DNA of 64,000 nucleotides. Origin: Raillietiella orientalis. Lineage: Eukaryota. The stretch covers positions 124,001-188,000 of the forward strand of contig JAYWIR010000085.1 in assembly GCA_036172245.1 (NCBI GenBank), given 5' to 3'. Positions 22,281-36,100 of the stretch are shown one piece after another. Numbering within the stretch: position 1 is the stretch's first letter; every line of letters begins with the position of its first letter. The translations under genes and the position numbers were made by a program. Below the pieces are notes generated by a model. The model was not told where the DNA came from. It did not search any database and saw nothing but the letters and a program-made list of their open reading frames with translations.

Positions 22281-23737
22281 GTAAGTCCGGCGTCTCCGGT
22301 CGAACCCCAGCTCCCCCTTCCCCTCCCCTCCCGCACACGCTCCTCTGACTCGTGATCCACGAGGAGGGCTGAGCGTAGGAGCACGCGGGCGGGCGCGTTG
22401 GTGGGACGCTGCTCACCCGCCACTCGCGAGCGGCCAGGAGGAGCCTCGAGCCTCGTTGTTCCGGCGGGGCGACAAACGTCGCCACGGCCATCTCCTTCGT
22501 TCCCTCCTGAAGGTCCACCTTCCCACGCTCACCAGTGGGCGAGCGAAGGCCGGTGGAACGTCCGGCTGTGTGCTACGTCAGACGCGGGCGCGCGCATCGG
22601 CGGACTTGTGGAGCTTCGACGAAGGAAGCGGCGACTCCATCCTCCCAGTAGACATGCAAAGAGCACGACCCGGTGACGTCCGGTGTGAGTCGCGCACGGG
22701 AAGGTGCGTTTCCTGGGATGCGAGCGCTCTCTCGCGGGCGCACATCGAGTAATCGCTCCCGTTTCCCGGAGGCAAAGAGGCCGGATCCGTCGGAGCCGCC
22801 ATTTTCGTCATCGCGGATCAGCTGCCTGCTTCTCGAGGTCTCTCCGTGCGGAGGATGCATCCAGTCAAGCGATAAATGCTTGAGAGCTCCCTCTCTGGGC
22901 GGCGTGCGTCATCTCCTCCACAGGTTTTCCCTCTAAGGGAGAGGTCGAGGTCGAGTTCTGTGGGATGGACGGGTGAGAGGGATGGACCACTCGCCGATCG
23001 AGGTGGATCAGCAGTCACAGAAAACAGAAAGTGGGGTCACAGAAAGAGTTGGTTTGAGGACGTTCGGACGACAAGCTTGCACCATCCTTCGGGAGATGGC
23101 GCAGACACGCAACAGTCGAGCTGTTGCCGTGTGACGGAAGCGCGTTCTTCCTTTCCCTCCAGCGGACTGCTTCCCGTCCGTTCACCTCTGCTGCCGTTTC
23201 GAGATCACTCAGAACGAGCGGGATCCGCTGTTTGCTTCCCGGAGGAGCGACTTTTGGACTCCCGATGTTCCGCGGCCCGGCGCGCGCTTTCCGCCACGCC
23301 GCAGCCTCACGGGGGGAAGCCCACACGCCTGCGCTTCGGTCCGTGAGAGCCGCAACCCCAAAATTTGCGTGGTCCCGGGTGCCGAGCAAGCTGAGGAGGG
23401 TCGACACCTCCCTCTTCTAGGGGAACGCCTCCGGGTAAGCTGAAGAACTCTGCATGCACACGTTTGGAGGGAATAGGGTGGCCGTCAGCCTGGTTCGCCG
23501 GCCAGCCGGCAGATGTCACGCGGCCCGCTCATGGACGCACAGAAGACGCCATGGTGCTTCCCCAAAGGGAAAGTAAAATGAGGATTGCGACAGCACGTGT
23601 GGTCCTAATACAGTTCTTGCAGTGCAATAGAGTTAATGTGGGAATTTTGCATTGTTTATTCTATTCATAGTATTTGCATAAGTAACGCAGAAATCTGATT
23701 TTCAGGCTTCATTGCGCAACATACAGTTGAATAGTAC

Positions 23738-23805
23738 GAAAATAGTACGTGTAATAATTCGTACGTACTCAAGTGTATGTACGAATTATTACACGTACTA
23801 TTTTC
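23738..23805. repeat. Perfect 27-bp inverted repeat with a 14-nt spacer
   Basis: gaaaatagtacgtgtaataattcgtac (23738-23764) is the exact reverse complement of gtacgaattattacacgtactattttc (23779-23805). Confidence 0.95.
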
Positions 23806-26149
23806 CTGCCTAATATTTTATAGTGCCTAAAGGGCATTCTGAAGTATCTCGCTCTTGAATCCGAAAAATCGATTTCTAAATGCTACAGACAGCACCCGTG
23901 AAGTGTCACGTAATAGGAGTGATAGAAGGAGTTCTTGGAGTGCCTGCATATGTATTCGTTCCCTATGAGTAGTGGGTCCTTAGCAGCGTGCCGGGGCTGG
24001 GTACATCCGCTTTGGGCAGCTTCTAGCTTCGAGAAGAGTCGGCGATCTTCCGTGGCTATCGGACCACTGATCTCGTTATCACAAACGGCAGAAGATGTCA
24101 CTCAATTACCAAGTACATAAAACGTGATTTCATTTCCTTTACCACCTTTACCACCACGTTGCGTTACCCATCGCTTTGGCCGGAGAGACTTGGACCGCAT
24201 GAAGGAAAGTTCCCCCGCGTTCTTTTGATGTGCGGTTCACCTTCTTCATTCTGGAGGACCGGCAACTTCTGCCTGTTTGCCATGAATTTCGCCGAAGTGC
24301 TGCTTTCATTCTCGCTCTTGGAGGTACTGCCAAAATGTAGTCGCGTGCTTGACGTCGGTCAGGCGTGTGACTGGTCTTTTCTGAAATAGACCCTGAGTGT
24401 TTCTGACTTCCGCATCTTTCTCTACGCATGCTCAACGGTATACAAATAACCTGTACTGCAAAACAAAGCCGAAGCCCAAAGAGGATGCAGTTTTTGCCTT
24501 TTGTTTCTTGAGAGTCGAGGGAGAGGGAGGATGGCACTCCCACTTCACGAGGAATCGGCCATCTCGAACTAGGAAGATGCTCTAAAGGCACCTTTCTACA
24601 CCATGGCTGATCTCAAGGTTCCAAAACTTGAAGTCTTCCCAAGGGCGCTAAGCCGAAATGTGAATCTGGCAGTGATAAAGGAAACGAATCCTCATCCACG
24701 GTTGAGAAATCTTCAAGGCGGCTGCTTACTCCTTTTTGTGTTCGAAGCGTCGAAGATATCAATTTATCTTGACAATTGTCCAAGACTTTTCGAAGGTCTT
24801 CCTTATTGTTCTTAATAGGCGGAGCATCTGGAAAATGGTGCTGCATTTTAGGGGTCCAAGGGAATTCTTGGGAGGAGAAAGATGAGAGAAGCAATAAATA
24901 TTGCGAGTACGATGCACTGTACAGTATCAGACAACAATACTTGTAGCAAGGGAAAAAAAACCCCAGCGTGTCAGCAAGATTTCTGTACACGAATCGTGAC
25001 CTGATGGATTGCATTTACGATGCCCGGAGTTTCCCTTGTTTGGAAAAGAACTAATTGGAAACCGTAGAGCAAACGTCATGCCGATGATCGGTTTGTGCGA
25101 AGTGCGTTGTCAACAACCCCCTGGACTCACTTCAAACCATGGAAAACTTCCCAGGATTCATAGCCCTCAAGTTTGCTCGACTTTCTATTAGGGTTCTCCA
25201 TTCGCAATTTTTTTTTTTGGCTTTTATTTTTATATTCCTCTCCTCGGATGGTGTCCAGCTTTTCTCATTTGGATTTATTGATCTTGTTCCACAACGCAGA
25301 AACGAAGTTCATCTTTCAAAAGGGAAGGAAGAAGAGAGAGGGGGAAGGGGAGAGGAATGGAGCTACAAGGAGTGCCCCGCATGTACCCAAACCAGGGCTC
25401 ACGAAACAAAGGAGGTACTCCAAGTGCAGCCTGGAACCACAAGGTTTGTTTCCAGACTCGACAAACAAGAGACCTTTCTTTCGAGATCTGCCACATCCAG
25501 AACATGCTCAGGCCTTTCTTCAGCTGTGAGTGCCATCTGGCCTGAACTTTCACTGTATTTTGTTAGCGTGCAGGAAAGCTATTTTTAGAAACAAAGCACA
25601 ACACTGGAGGTGTCTTGCGCAAGTCGAGGAGTTGAGCGAAGACCCTCCCTCTTACTTACTACTCGTAGAGGCCTGCAACGGAATCGGGGAGGGAGCACCC
25701 CGAGGGAAAAGCGGCAGAATCCGTGATCAATTGCTTGTGACCTGTGCATCTCGTTGAAGGTGATACGGATAGCTTCCTCTTTCGTCACTGTTCCCAGCTA
25801 CGGCCTTTCCGCCGCTCTTCTCATCATAAAGGCAGCTACAGAGACGGCTTCCCTAAACTGCCATCCTTGTTCCAATAGGTGACGTGCCGTAGGAGGCTGA
25901 GGACGCTTTGATGTCACTCCTGCGGTAGGCGTCAGTCCGACGCGCGTGAAAACAGACGCCCCAGAGAGTCCCTGGGGTGCGGCATGGATGTTAAAAGGTT
26001 AATAGCTCCTTTGGACGCGGATGGACACGTCTGGTATCCATCCCAGTCGGAAGGACCTGTAGTTCTGTGAAAGGTGTAGAGGGGAATCGATCTTCCGCAG
26101 CACCTAGAACAGCCCAGAGCGGTGGCGGCGACTGTTGCACGGGAGAGTT

Positions 26150-26800
26150 CAAGGGCAATCCGACTGCCTTAGAGGAAGGGGGTCGCAGAACTGCCTGTGC
26201 ACATTGGGAGGATGTCTTCTGGGGCAATCCCCAGGTCATTTCAGCGGGGTGGTCCTCTGGAATGAGCACTCTCAAAACAAAAATCAGGGCAGCAACTGGT
26301 GCGCGAGTAATTGACGAGCAGCGTGTGAATTTGTGAAACATCCCATTCTTTGGCATCTTCAGCATGCAAGCGTGTGCCTTGGTAGAACCTGAAGTTCATA
26401 GGAACGATGCTATTCTCAGAGAACGGAACCATTTGCGGTTGGCATCATCCGAGGATCACTTCTCGGGAGCGGATGCCTTAAAAGCGCACTTGCCCGGACG
26501 GAGATTCGTAATGAAATCGAAAAGTCGGAGAGGCAGGAAACGATCACGGGAGTGGCTCACCTCGAAGTGTTCGCACTGATGGTAATGGACCAGAGCAGCT
26601 TCCTATTCCATCAGTCGGTCCTCCAGAGAATCGTAGCAACTTCCCTTTTTAAGAACGTTGTCCCTGGGAATGAAGGTTTCTGGAGGGGAGAGGCTGAAAC
26701 TTTCCTTGATAAAGCTCCTCTGAAGAGAGAGCTGACGATGGAAGAGCGATAAGAAGATGGTGGCGATTCATAGGTGAATGGGAGTCGGAAAACGGGCAGT
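26150..26800 (-). mobile_element. Possible decayed LINE ORF1 (gag-like zinc knuckle) relic
   Basis: The minus strand reads C*RCQRMGCFTNSH near 26320-26365, resembling a CxxCQxxGH knuckle. It is heavily disrupted. Confidence 0.25.
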
Positions 26801-29399
26801 CATCAAATTTAAGAGCAGCAGCGTCCAGTGATCCGCGATTTTTGTCGATTGCACCTTCTTGGCGGAGGAGCACTCAGTTCTCTTGGATGCCAGCTCTACA
26901 TTTCGAAGAGGAACGAAGTTCTTCAAACAGAAGAGGCGGAAGAGAAGAAGAGTGCTTTGGTTTCCCCGACTCTTTTCTTTGCTTCTACTGTTGCCAACAC
27001 CCAGAGTCCTTTCTTTTCTACTCCACCTTTGCTTCTCCTCGCAACCACAAGGAAGACGTGGCCCCAGCCATGCAAATGCAATCCTTTCACACCGCCGGGT
27101 TGAGTTCGTTTGACGGGCGCCGAAGAGAAATAGGCGTGGTTCCCGGAATAGCAATGAACACAAACGCTTTCTCCTCTGAAAAAGAGGAAGATCTTCATCC
27201 GAGGACCCTTGCATGCGATTATATCGAAATCCTCTTATTCCGTATACAGAGTAGGCTGAAATGAGATGAGTTGGTTGGACGAGTTCCTCAAGGAAGAACA
27301 AGTTTCGAAGACGGGAAACGAAGTCCCCAAACCTTAAAATTCACAGGAGTCGGGTAAGCACTTCATGCTCACACACTAAGTAGGGTTCCCCTTCCCCTAC
27401 CAAGCACGATTCCCGAATGAGGCAGCGGAACTGAAAGAGTTTCAATTACAAGGAGATCCAGGATACCGGGGAGTTCTCGAGCTTTAAGTGATCTAAAATT
27501 TCCACCCTTAAGGCGACAGGTTAGCAGCCGAAAGCGTCATTCCCGCTCGGTCACTCGAGAACCCGTGCGCCATGGCTGCTGTGCCAGACCGAAGAGCCAT
27601 CTTCCGCTCCTTCTGTGCAATCGCAACTGATCTTAGGGATCCAGGATTCCATTTCCAGACTTGCAAACGAGATATCCGTCCAATGTGATGAGATGAAAGC
27701 CTACTTTCCTCCTGGAGCTCCAGCACGGTGAAGTGTGCCTTCTGTGGAGGTGCGCAAGTCAAGAAGCGACACTATTTTCCCCCAACACGTATTGCTGCGA
27801 GCAGGTTGTTGGCGTTCCCGTTGGCATGCAGGGCGGATGCGGGAAACAGGCATAATCCCTGTTCACCATCTGAAATAAATCAACGTACTTTTGATGCACG
27901 AAGCCACCTCCCGCTTCTTTTGAATTCTTGTAGACAGAAGCAAAGGCAGAAAACGGAAGAACACACACAAAACAAAAACAAAAAAACTTACAAAGAGGGA
28001 ACTGTGAGGCGACTCGAAGAGATGCGTGGTTCGTCGCATGACTGCAAGGAGGAAGAAAACGTAAGAGAGTCTCACAACATTGCTCCAGAAGCAGAACTGA
28101 GCGTGGAGCTCAGAGGTGTGAGGGGAAGCTCCAGGTTCCACTGCCTGCAAGTTCACTGGGACAAAAAAAAGCTGCATGCTGGTAGGGTCGCTACTTCATG
28201 GAACAACGAGGTACTCCGAGGAGGATGCAATTTCCTGCCGTCCGGCAGTGAGCGCAATTTTACAGCCGGAGCCAAACGCACGTTTTCCTTGAGAAGTTTT
28301 CGCCGTTTCACGCGAATGCCGCTGCCGTGGGAGGGGCAAATGATGAACCCGGCTTTCCTCTGAAGAGGATCACCAGAAACCTTTCTGGAGTTTCTTATGT
28401 CTGCTGTAGTGCGTGTTGGCGCGGCAACATCACGCGGATTCCTTTCGTGTTGCACCACCTTACTGGACTTTGGGAACGCGTCACAAGGGAAGCCCAATTT
28501 CACGGTCTTGTCGATGCTCCTCTCACAGCGCCCTCGTCTCTCCAGGGACTTGCGTTTGCAGCCACCATATCGGGAAACTTATTGGGAGACTCAGCTTCAC
28601 TCATCTCGACGGGGGGGGAGCATGGGAAATTCTAAACGGCATCATGAACACGCACTTTCTCCTGTTGCTTTGGAAACGAGCGAGTCTCGCAGTGATGCGA
28701 AAGGGAAGGGGAAACGAGTAATGCCATGTGTCAGACCAGGGGGCCTCCTCTGGTATCCTCGATGACACACATCACAACACCCTCAGGAAAGAAAGGTCAC
28801 TTTTAGATTCCGTCCTGATTCCTAGATAGCGAGTTACAGCATCTGATGCTACCACCCTCTTTGTCTTCAGTATTTTCTTTGCCAAAAAAAAAAACGATCA
28901 AACAAAACACATCCCATCCATTTCCACAGTTGCTACAGCCATCACATGCCCTCGTTTATCCACCAGCCAACTCCAGCCTGCAGAATGCCTTCAGTCACGA
29001 AATCTTTAATCCCTTGATCTTCTTTCGGGATTCTGTTGCCCTCCGCTCTTACCGTCTTCCGTGGTCGTCGTGCCACCTCTGGTCTCATTCGTCCCGCCCC
29101 CGGTTTCTCGCCAAGTTTCTTGTGATCTTCCATCCGAATCCGAGGCGAGGTGCATCCCTTGCTAGTACAGAGTTCCTAGTAGATGGACGCGGTAGACGCA
29201 GCACCGGCTTCTTCCCTCACGGATGGGTAGCGGCACTTGTGTGCACAGTATGGTACACCTACGCCCTGGCGTCCCCGCATAACAACACAGTGACTCGATG
29301 AACAGGGAACAAGCGGTGTTCTGATGAGCGTTGATGTCAAATCTAAGAATTCAGGTCCTGGAAAGGTGAACTGGGCCGCAGGATTATGGAACTTTGAAG

Positions 29400-30010
29400 A
29401 TTTCGGACGTGGAATATGATGGAAGATTAATCGGGAGGGCAGGGGTAGGCAATAGGCTGATTATTGGGATTAGGAGCAGGGTTTGTGGGTCCTCGGTGTA
29501 TAGTTCTTTAAAGGCTTGGGATGACATGGATGAGGATTCCGCCCACGTAGACGAATTAGGGGATGATGGAGGGGGTATCATGGTGATGGGCGGTAGATAG
29601 TGGATTAGTATGACAATGGAAGATGCGATAATTTCAGGAAGGAGAATTGTAATTACACGGTTGGGGTTGGGGCACATTAGATGGGCTGACGATGTGTGGT
29701 TAAAGTGCAAGCTGGATGCGACAGTCCACAGGAGAGTTTCATGCGCTGAGTATGTCATCAGGTCCATAGTGGACAGGGAAGCAGCAGTAGAAATGTGGAC
29801 CATGACTGCATTTCGAATTTCCTGAACCTTTTTGATCTCGCAGTGGTGGCGCAGCTGCCATGGTGATCGCTTGCCGACAGCACGACCTGGTCACTGATTC
29901 TGGTCTTTTGACGGACTGCTTGTGGTTGTCGGATACCGTTGACAAGCATCCTGAAAGCAAGTCGTGCTCCTGCACTTGACGAGAACAACTCATCCCGAAA
30001 TCCTTGCTTC
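29400..30010 (-). mobile_element. Possible decayed LINE ORF1 relic
   Basis: Minus-strand fragments RMLVNGI… and KCSHGPHF…C resemble a LINE ORF1 knuckle region. The strand is markedly C/A-rich. It is frameshifted. Confidence 0.25.
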
Positions 30011-32599
30011 TTGGCAGGATACTCCTCGAATGGTCAGGCGTGAACGCACAGGATGCCATCCTGTGCGTCCATGGAGTGCATAGCGTGAGTGGGGAAAAGC
30101 AATGCGAGGTGTGTTGAGGAAAGCGAGCTTTCCTCCCATCTAGCGGCAAAGAGCGGAGCGAAAGAGAAACGATGAAGACGAAGGCGATTCTCCCTCTCCC
30201 GGTACACTCAGGAGGGATTTTTGCCATCCTGAGTGCACACCGATTCTCCGATGCTGGAATCCCTCTAGATGATAGAGCATTTCTCTCATTCTTCATCGTT
30301 GAGGTGAACCCAGCACGCGGAATGATCGAAAGAGGAAACGCATCCTGCAGGAAATGACCCTTCCTCCCGGTGATGCGGACGCCACCGATTCATAGGGAAC
30401 AGAGATCTTACAGTTGCGACAGTGCGTCTACAGTTGCTTGGGAGGATTTTTGTCCAAGTACCTGAGACGCTTTATTCTCCGGCATGCTCCATTAGGTGTC
30501 AGCATAAACGCGCGTGAACGACGATGCAAAATCATCGATAACCTCTCTGTCCTGTCCACATGAGTTTCTAAAAGACCACTAGTAGGGAGGAAATGCCACC
30601 TTCTGCACGATAGATGAAGGACGTCTTCATTTCGACCAGGAGGGGTCTAGAAGCTTCGAAGACCTTGGCACCAGACGGAGGGGTCAAAACGACGGGGTCC
30701 TCTCTGCGTCCCTGAAGAATCTTTCTTATGCAGCCTTGGGCAGCCGGAAAGGACGGTTTTTCGTAAAAAAGGGAGAGAGGGAATTTCCATCCTCATTTCC
30801 ATGGTGATGTTTCATCCGGAGTTTAGATAAAGAAAGCGATGGTCAGATTCTGGCCGAAGGGTCCAGTTGTTCTCATCCTCAATCTCTTTCTATGGGAACG
30901 GAAAATGAGCAGGGAGGATCTGAGAAGGAGGCGGTGCTCGGACGAAAAACCTCGGTCGCCCGCGAGCACATCTGAGAGAGAAAATCTCTCCTCGTTCCGG
31001 GGTTCGTCTCTGGCAGTTCGATCCCAGGGAAGCTGATCCATGCCCTTGAGATTCGCTCTTTTCCTAAATCAGCAAGTTCGGATCCTCGGCTGCAGACGGA
31101 GTCTCTCCAAAGTCACCTCATGCGGCGAAGTCCAGTGCTGAACGCATTTCTAGTAACACATCCTCGATTCCCTGTTTCCCCCAGTGCTGGGTTCTCAGCT
31201 TGGAAGGATCACGAAAGGAAGGCTGCTTTGCTGCTTCGATGGATTCCAAGAACGAAGATCGGTTCTGCTACCTCAAGAAGGCACGTGAAATGCAAGTTCC
31301 CGCTGGTACGTCTATTTCGTTCTTCGAAGTCAAGAGTGCTGCGGTTTCTTGTGGGCACTTCGGTTCTCTTCAGTGCGCAAACTTGTTCCTAGACGCAAAT
31401 GGCAGGTAGACAGGGGATCCCTAGAGCGGACGAACCTTTAACGTGTTCATTCCAAGATTTCGCTGGGAGTTTCATTTCGACGGCAGGGTGGTATCGAGGA
31501 GATACGAACTGACCTCGGTTTGCGGTTCTCAGGAAATTCCGCGTTGTTGTGTCCCTACTGGGTTGTCTTTCGAAATCCTGCTGTTACGGGTTTACCTGGC
31601 ACGATGTGCAGTAGGGAACGTTTCAGCGTAGCGGCAGGGTACATGGCAAGGAAACGTTCCTGGGCGGAAGAATTTGAATAAGAGTTCTGTTTTTTCCGAA
31701 GGAACAGTCGGTGAAGCACGTAAGAAAAGAAGGTGGCTGCTGGGTAGTATGCAGTCTTTGGAATCTCTGCAAACACTCGTTGGGTGCGCAACGATCTGTC
31801 ACTATCCTTAGTTTGTCTTGAACAGAAGACCAAAAAAAAAGAGTGTCTTCCGCTTCTCAGTCGATTCTCTCATTTCTCTCGTTCGATTTCATCTTCATCT
31901 GTTGGCAGAATCCGCATCATCGATGACTTTCCTTCCTTGAGATACGTTCAGCTTTCTCGATGAGGAGGAGGTTTTGCCTCGAGGGCTCACCTCCAGGTTC
32001 GAACTCGAAAGCCTTCCCCTCTGCACCGGGGCTGGGAGCAGAATAGTAGCCGCAAAGGCCTCTAGCCTTCAGACCCGGGCGTCTCCAAAGATGGAGTCCA
32101 CTTATTCTAAGTTCGGAGTTGCTCACGGGGGCTGAAGGTTGTTGTTGGTGGTCGTCGTGGAGACTCGATTAGGTCCGTGTTCCGTTGTCGAGGGAGCGTC
32201 CTAGCCGGCAAAACTAGTAGACGTCCTTGCTGTGCAGGGTGCTGGTCAACGGCGCCGTTTTGCTCAGCAGGTTTTTGGACACGTCACTGGAACTTCCGTT
32301 GCCTCAAGAACGCGGCCTCGTGGGTTTGGGGGATCCCATGATCCCAACGAACTGATGGTGATCCCACAAACCGATGCTTGATTTCTTGAGGGAGGACGCA
32401 TGACTCCAGTATCTCTCTCCTTTATGTACAAAAAAGGGTGAATCAACGAGGCGGAATGATACTTCCTCCTTGGAATCCGTTTTTTTGCTATTCTCACTGC
32501 TAAGGAATTTCCCGTGAATCTAAACAAAAGACTTCGAAAAGAAAAAAGGAAAGCAGCATCCGACTGTAGCGGCCCACGATTTCCCTGCCTTCAGCATAA

Positions 32600-34300
32600 G
32601 CCTGAAAACACCAGACTTTACTGTCCAGGACTCACGAAAGTGCTCAGCAGTCCTCGACGACTCAGAGACGCGAGTCTTTAGTATGGCAAGAGCCCGCTGG
32701 GATGCAGCTTTTTTCTCTTAAGGAGGTTTGCCTCCTCTGGTTGAAGTCACCAGCCAGTGACCTTGCATATCTCGGGCTCCTAAAAAGCATTCTCTGAAAT
32801 GCGTAAAAGGGGATGTTGGGGAGAAGATGCAAGGTGGATTGGAGCGGCAAGGAGCAAGCGCAAGAGATTAAAGCATCTGGAAACCATGCTAGAGCAACTT
32901 TCTTTGGTATCATCCGAATACGGAAGAAGATGCTTTGATTCTTCCTCGTGATCCATGTGGAAAAGTGAAAATGGATCTGTGAAGTAAACCGTGCTTTGCC
33001 TTAGAGCCTCCGCTCATTCGAACAGAAGGTGGCTCTTGCCGTGGATAGCAGGGATGATGGTAAGTATGAAAGTCGAAATCCTCTAAAGAGTAATCAGCAG
33101 CTCATCTGCAGAAGCAAACGAGGACGGATGGCACTCACTACACTTGACTTTCGGGATAGAGTCTTTTCCGCCTTTCAACGATCTTCCCAGAGGCAGATTT
33201 CCTCGGGTTCTGACAACGGTCGCAGCGGTTTTCTTGGAGGGTGCGTTCTCCTAGAGCTGCAGCCTTCGATGGTGTTAGTGGTTGCAGCAAATACTCTGGT
33301 GAAATGCTGGAGGCCCGAAATAGAGAAGGGTTTCGGATTCGGATTCGGATGGCCTTTGGGCATGATTGAGTCGATCCTTTGCTCTATGAACTCTCGCTTG
33401 TTCGATAGGAAGATCACAGTGATCAGATTACGGTGGCGTCATCGAGAGGTGAGTAGCGCAGATGTGCACCAATTTGCGTGGAGTTCGATTCGCACTACGC
33501 TGTGGAGTGAATTCGCTTCCTCTGAAAACCGAACCGAGATAATTCCAGTAGAAACAAAGAAGAGGAATGTTTCCAGTCAGAATAAACTGCAAATCCCCTC
33601 CTTCTTCAGCCATTCCAGGTTTCGCGAAGAATCTAAATCTTATGTCACGACCCATTTTACTTTGGCTTATCACTCCAGCGCGGATTCCGCGCAAAGCTCC
33701 ACTTTGCCGTCGCGATACTTGGATATTTGACTGGTACCGAAAAAAAAAAAAAAAATCCTATGATTGCCATGTCTCCCAGCAACCTTTTCTGTGACCGAGA
33801 GCCAGATGCTGCTACAGAACTCTATCATCAAGGGCAGCGATCAGAAAGGCTGCATAGTGCCCATTTCGGCGTCTCGGATTTCAGGAAACTCCTCCTCAGT
33901 CCCGTGAAATGAACCCACTGGTGATCTGGAGCTCTGAAATACAAGGCACTTCCAACAAATATCCTGACGAGGCGAAGACAGATTCCATTCTTCAGAAGTG
34001 TTTTTGGTGCATCGTTCTACTGGTTCGTTTGTCTGGACCACGAACCAAACTATTCCCGTTCACCATTCGTGCCCTCATGCTTTTCGTACCAATCCATCTC
34101 ATGCTTGGAAAAAAAAAACTGCACGAAATGGAGACTGTGCTACGGAAGAGTGGTAGCATTTTGGTGCAACAAGGGAGGAACAGGAGTTCATAAGCAGACC
34201 TTTCTGATGAGATTGCTCACGTTGATCAGCACCCCGAACACGGGATACCTGCTCTTGGGGAAACTAATGGGAATCTTCCCTTTAGCCACGAAAGAGTCGG
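32600..34300 (-). mobile_element. Decayed LINE relic: ORF1 followed by apurinic endonuclease start
   Basis: The minus strand reads DAPKTLLKNGICL (ORF1-like, ~33980-34015). It then reads RSLAGDFNQR (~32735-32765), matching the GDFN motif of the APE endonuclease, in the expected order. Confidence 0.4.
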
Positions 34301-34349
34301 CGAGATGCTTGAGTTGAACCATTCGAGCTACGGACATCGCCACCGCCGC

Positions 34350-36100
34350 ATCAACCGATTCAACAACTCCCCGAAATGTGGAGGTTAACCCTTGCAGGGA
34401 TACAATGGGTCATTTAAATGTAGCGAGTTCTTGGGATTTTCTTGGGAAAGGGGGATGTGTGTACGGCCAATGAAGCCCACCTACAACAGGAGAAGGGGCA
34501 GGCAGATGACTACCAGCAGGGCATTCAGTCAGGAACACCTTCTTACGGTAGATGAACGTGTCTCCTCTGTTGTGTGGTATCACCAAGTCCAAAAGGGTGG
34601 CACCGAAATGTAGGTGGAATTCAGAGTGGTAGATGTGTACTGTCTTGCGAGGAGTCTTGTTCTTATTGCTCAGTGTCTTAAGAGCTGCCAACGAGTCCCA
34701 ACTCCACTTGGCTGCTCAGCGACAGCCTGCTTTCCAGCGGAAAGAGTTGCTGGTTCGCAGTGCCGTGCAAAAAATCCATTTTCGTGTCCTACGAGAACCC
34801 ACCAATTCGAGTCCTTCTTGCTTGCTTCAGCGTACTCAAAAATGCAAGCCCATGGTTTGCCGCGACGTCATGCGGCACGTTATGAACTGAATGCTCTCAG
34901 GAACATGGTTCTCCGGGGATTTGATTCCATTCGAGAACCGGTTTCATTTCCTGGATTTGTAGATCTTCCTCCTCTTCCCATACATAACAAATGATCAGCA
35001 ATCCTTGATTAAGGAGTCCTGCCGTATTTTTCCTCAACGTCACGACTGGCACTGAATTTATGAGGCATCATTCGACTACTCTGCAGCCACCACCAGTGCA
35101 CAATTCGTGTGGATGCAGAATTCGTTCTTCCACGTCTTACCTTGACACACGCTCGGCACTCGGTTTCGCTTTACCTCGGGACTGCACACTGAGAAGGCGT
35201 CTGAAGATGTCTCTTCCTGGACTCTTTGTGGACCTTGCTCCTCCGGGAAGTTCCTCCTTTCTTTTTACTAGGTGATTTCGAAAAAGAAAGCGCGAAGTCA
35301 TCGACTGTCGAATCTCCAGTAAAGTCCAAGGGATGAGGGAGAGATTTTGAAGGACACCTTTGCTTCCGAGGCTGTCAGTGCCTGTTGCGCGCTTTCAGAG
35401 AGAGCTGCCAGGCACTGTGTGCTGCAGAAGGAAAACGTGAGAGAAGGAGCTTCGACTGGTTTTACAAAAGAAATCGGGAATAGAGATGCAACAGTGCTTT
35501 GCAACCAGCGGCATTCCAAACGGGAAATGTGATGTAAGGGGAAGTCCTGATTTCCGATTTGCCTTAGTGGCAGTCGCTTGAAATCTGTCGGTTTTCCTGG
35601 TTAAACATAATGGGGAATGTTTGGTTCTCATCGTCCCTTGTGGATTCAGCGGGGGAGATGCGGTCGCGAAATTCCAATGCATCATTGGGTGGAAAACTGT
35701 TCCGGAGGGTTTCGCAATCATCCGCCAAACGGTAGGGAATTGTGCAAAGTAATTTCATGGATTATCCACAATCTTGCTGGTGGTAATCCGTTTCGCAGGA
35801 GTACAATGGGTCATCTAAGTGGAGCGGGATTCTGGGATTTTCTTCGGGAAATTCCATTCGTATCTGCAGTGGTTCGTTTTCTCCAGGAAGCATCCCATTT
35901 CGTTAGCTCCCCCTCTTTTTTCCCATCGGAGATAGCGTTCTCCAGATTTTTCATTCCCGCCACCTGCGCAGTCGGACATGCGTTCTTCATCACAGAGTCT
36001 TTTTGCAAGTTGTGAAAACTTGCAATATCTTCAGGAAGATAGCTACCTTGAAAAATGATTTGAATGCTCGAGTGCTCATCTGGAGACAGCTCCCATGAGA
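34350..36100 (-). mobile_element. Decayed LINE reverse transcriptase relic
   Basis: Degenerate RT motifs are colinear on the minus strand: FPPN(W)…PLTS, STQCLAALSESAQQAL…RFDS (cf. STxxxLxxLxExI…KAFDxV), RLLS, ESNPRRT (cf. NPxKT) and LKTLSNK…TVHIYHS. There are many stops and frameshifts. Confidence 0.5.

Noticed and set aside
22456..22684. Possible exon ending at gtgagt 22685
   Set aside because: There is no clear acceptor or ATG at the start of the frame, and the coding signal is weak.
3200..23600. Many overlapping 100-330 aa Arg/Pro/Gly/Ser-rich ORFs
   Set aside because: They are expected by chance in GC-rich sequence and show no domains or codon bias. Several are antisense shadows of the pot exon.
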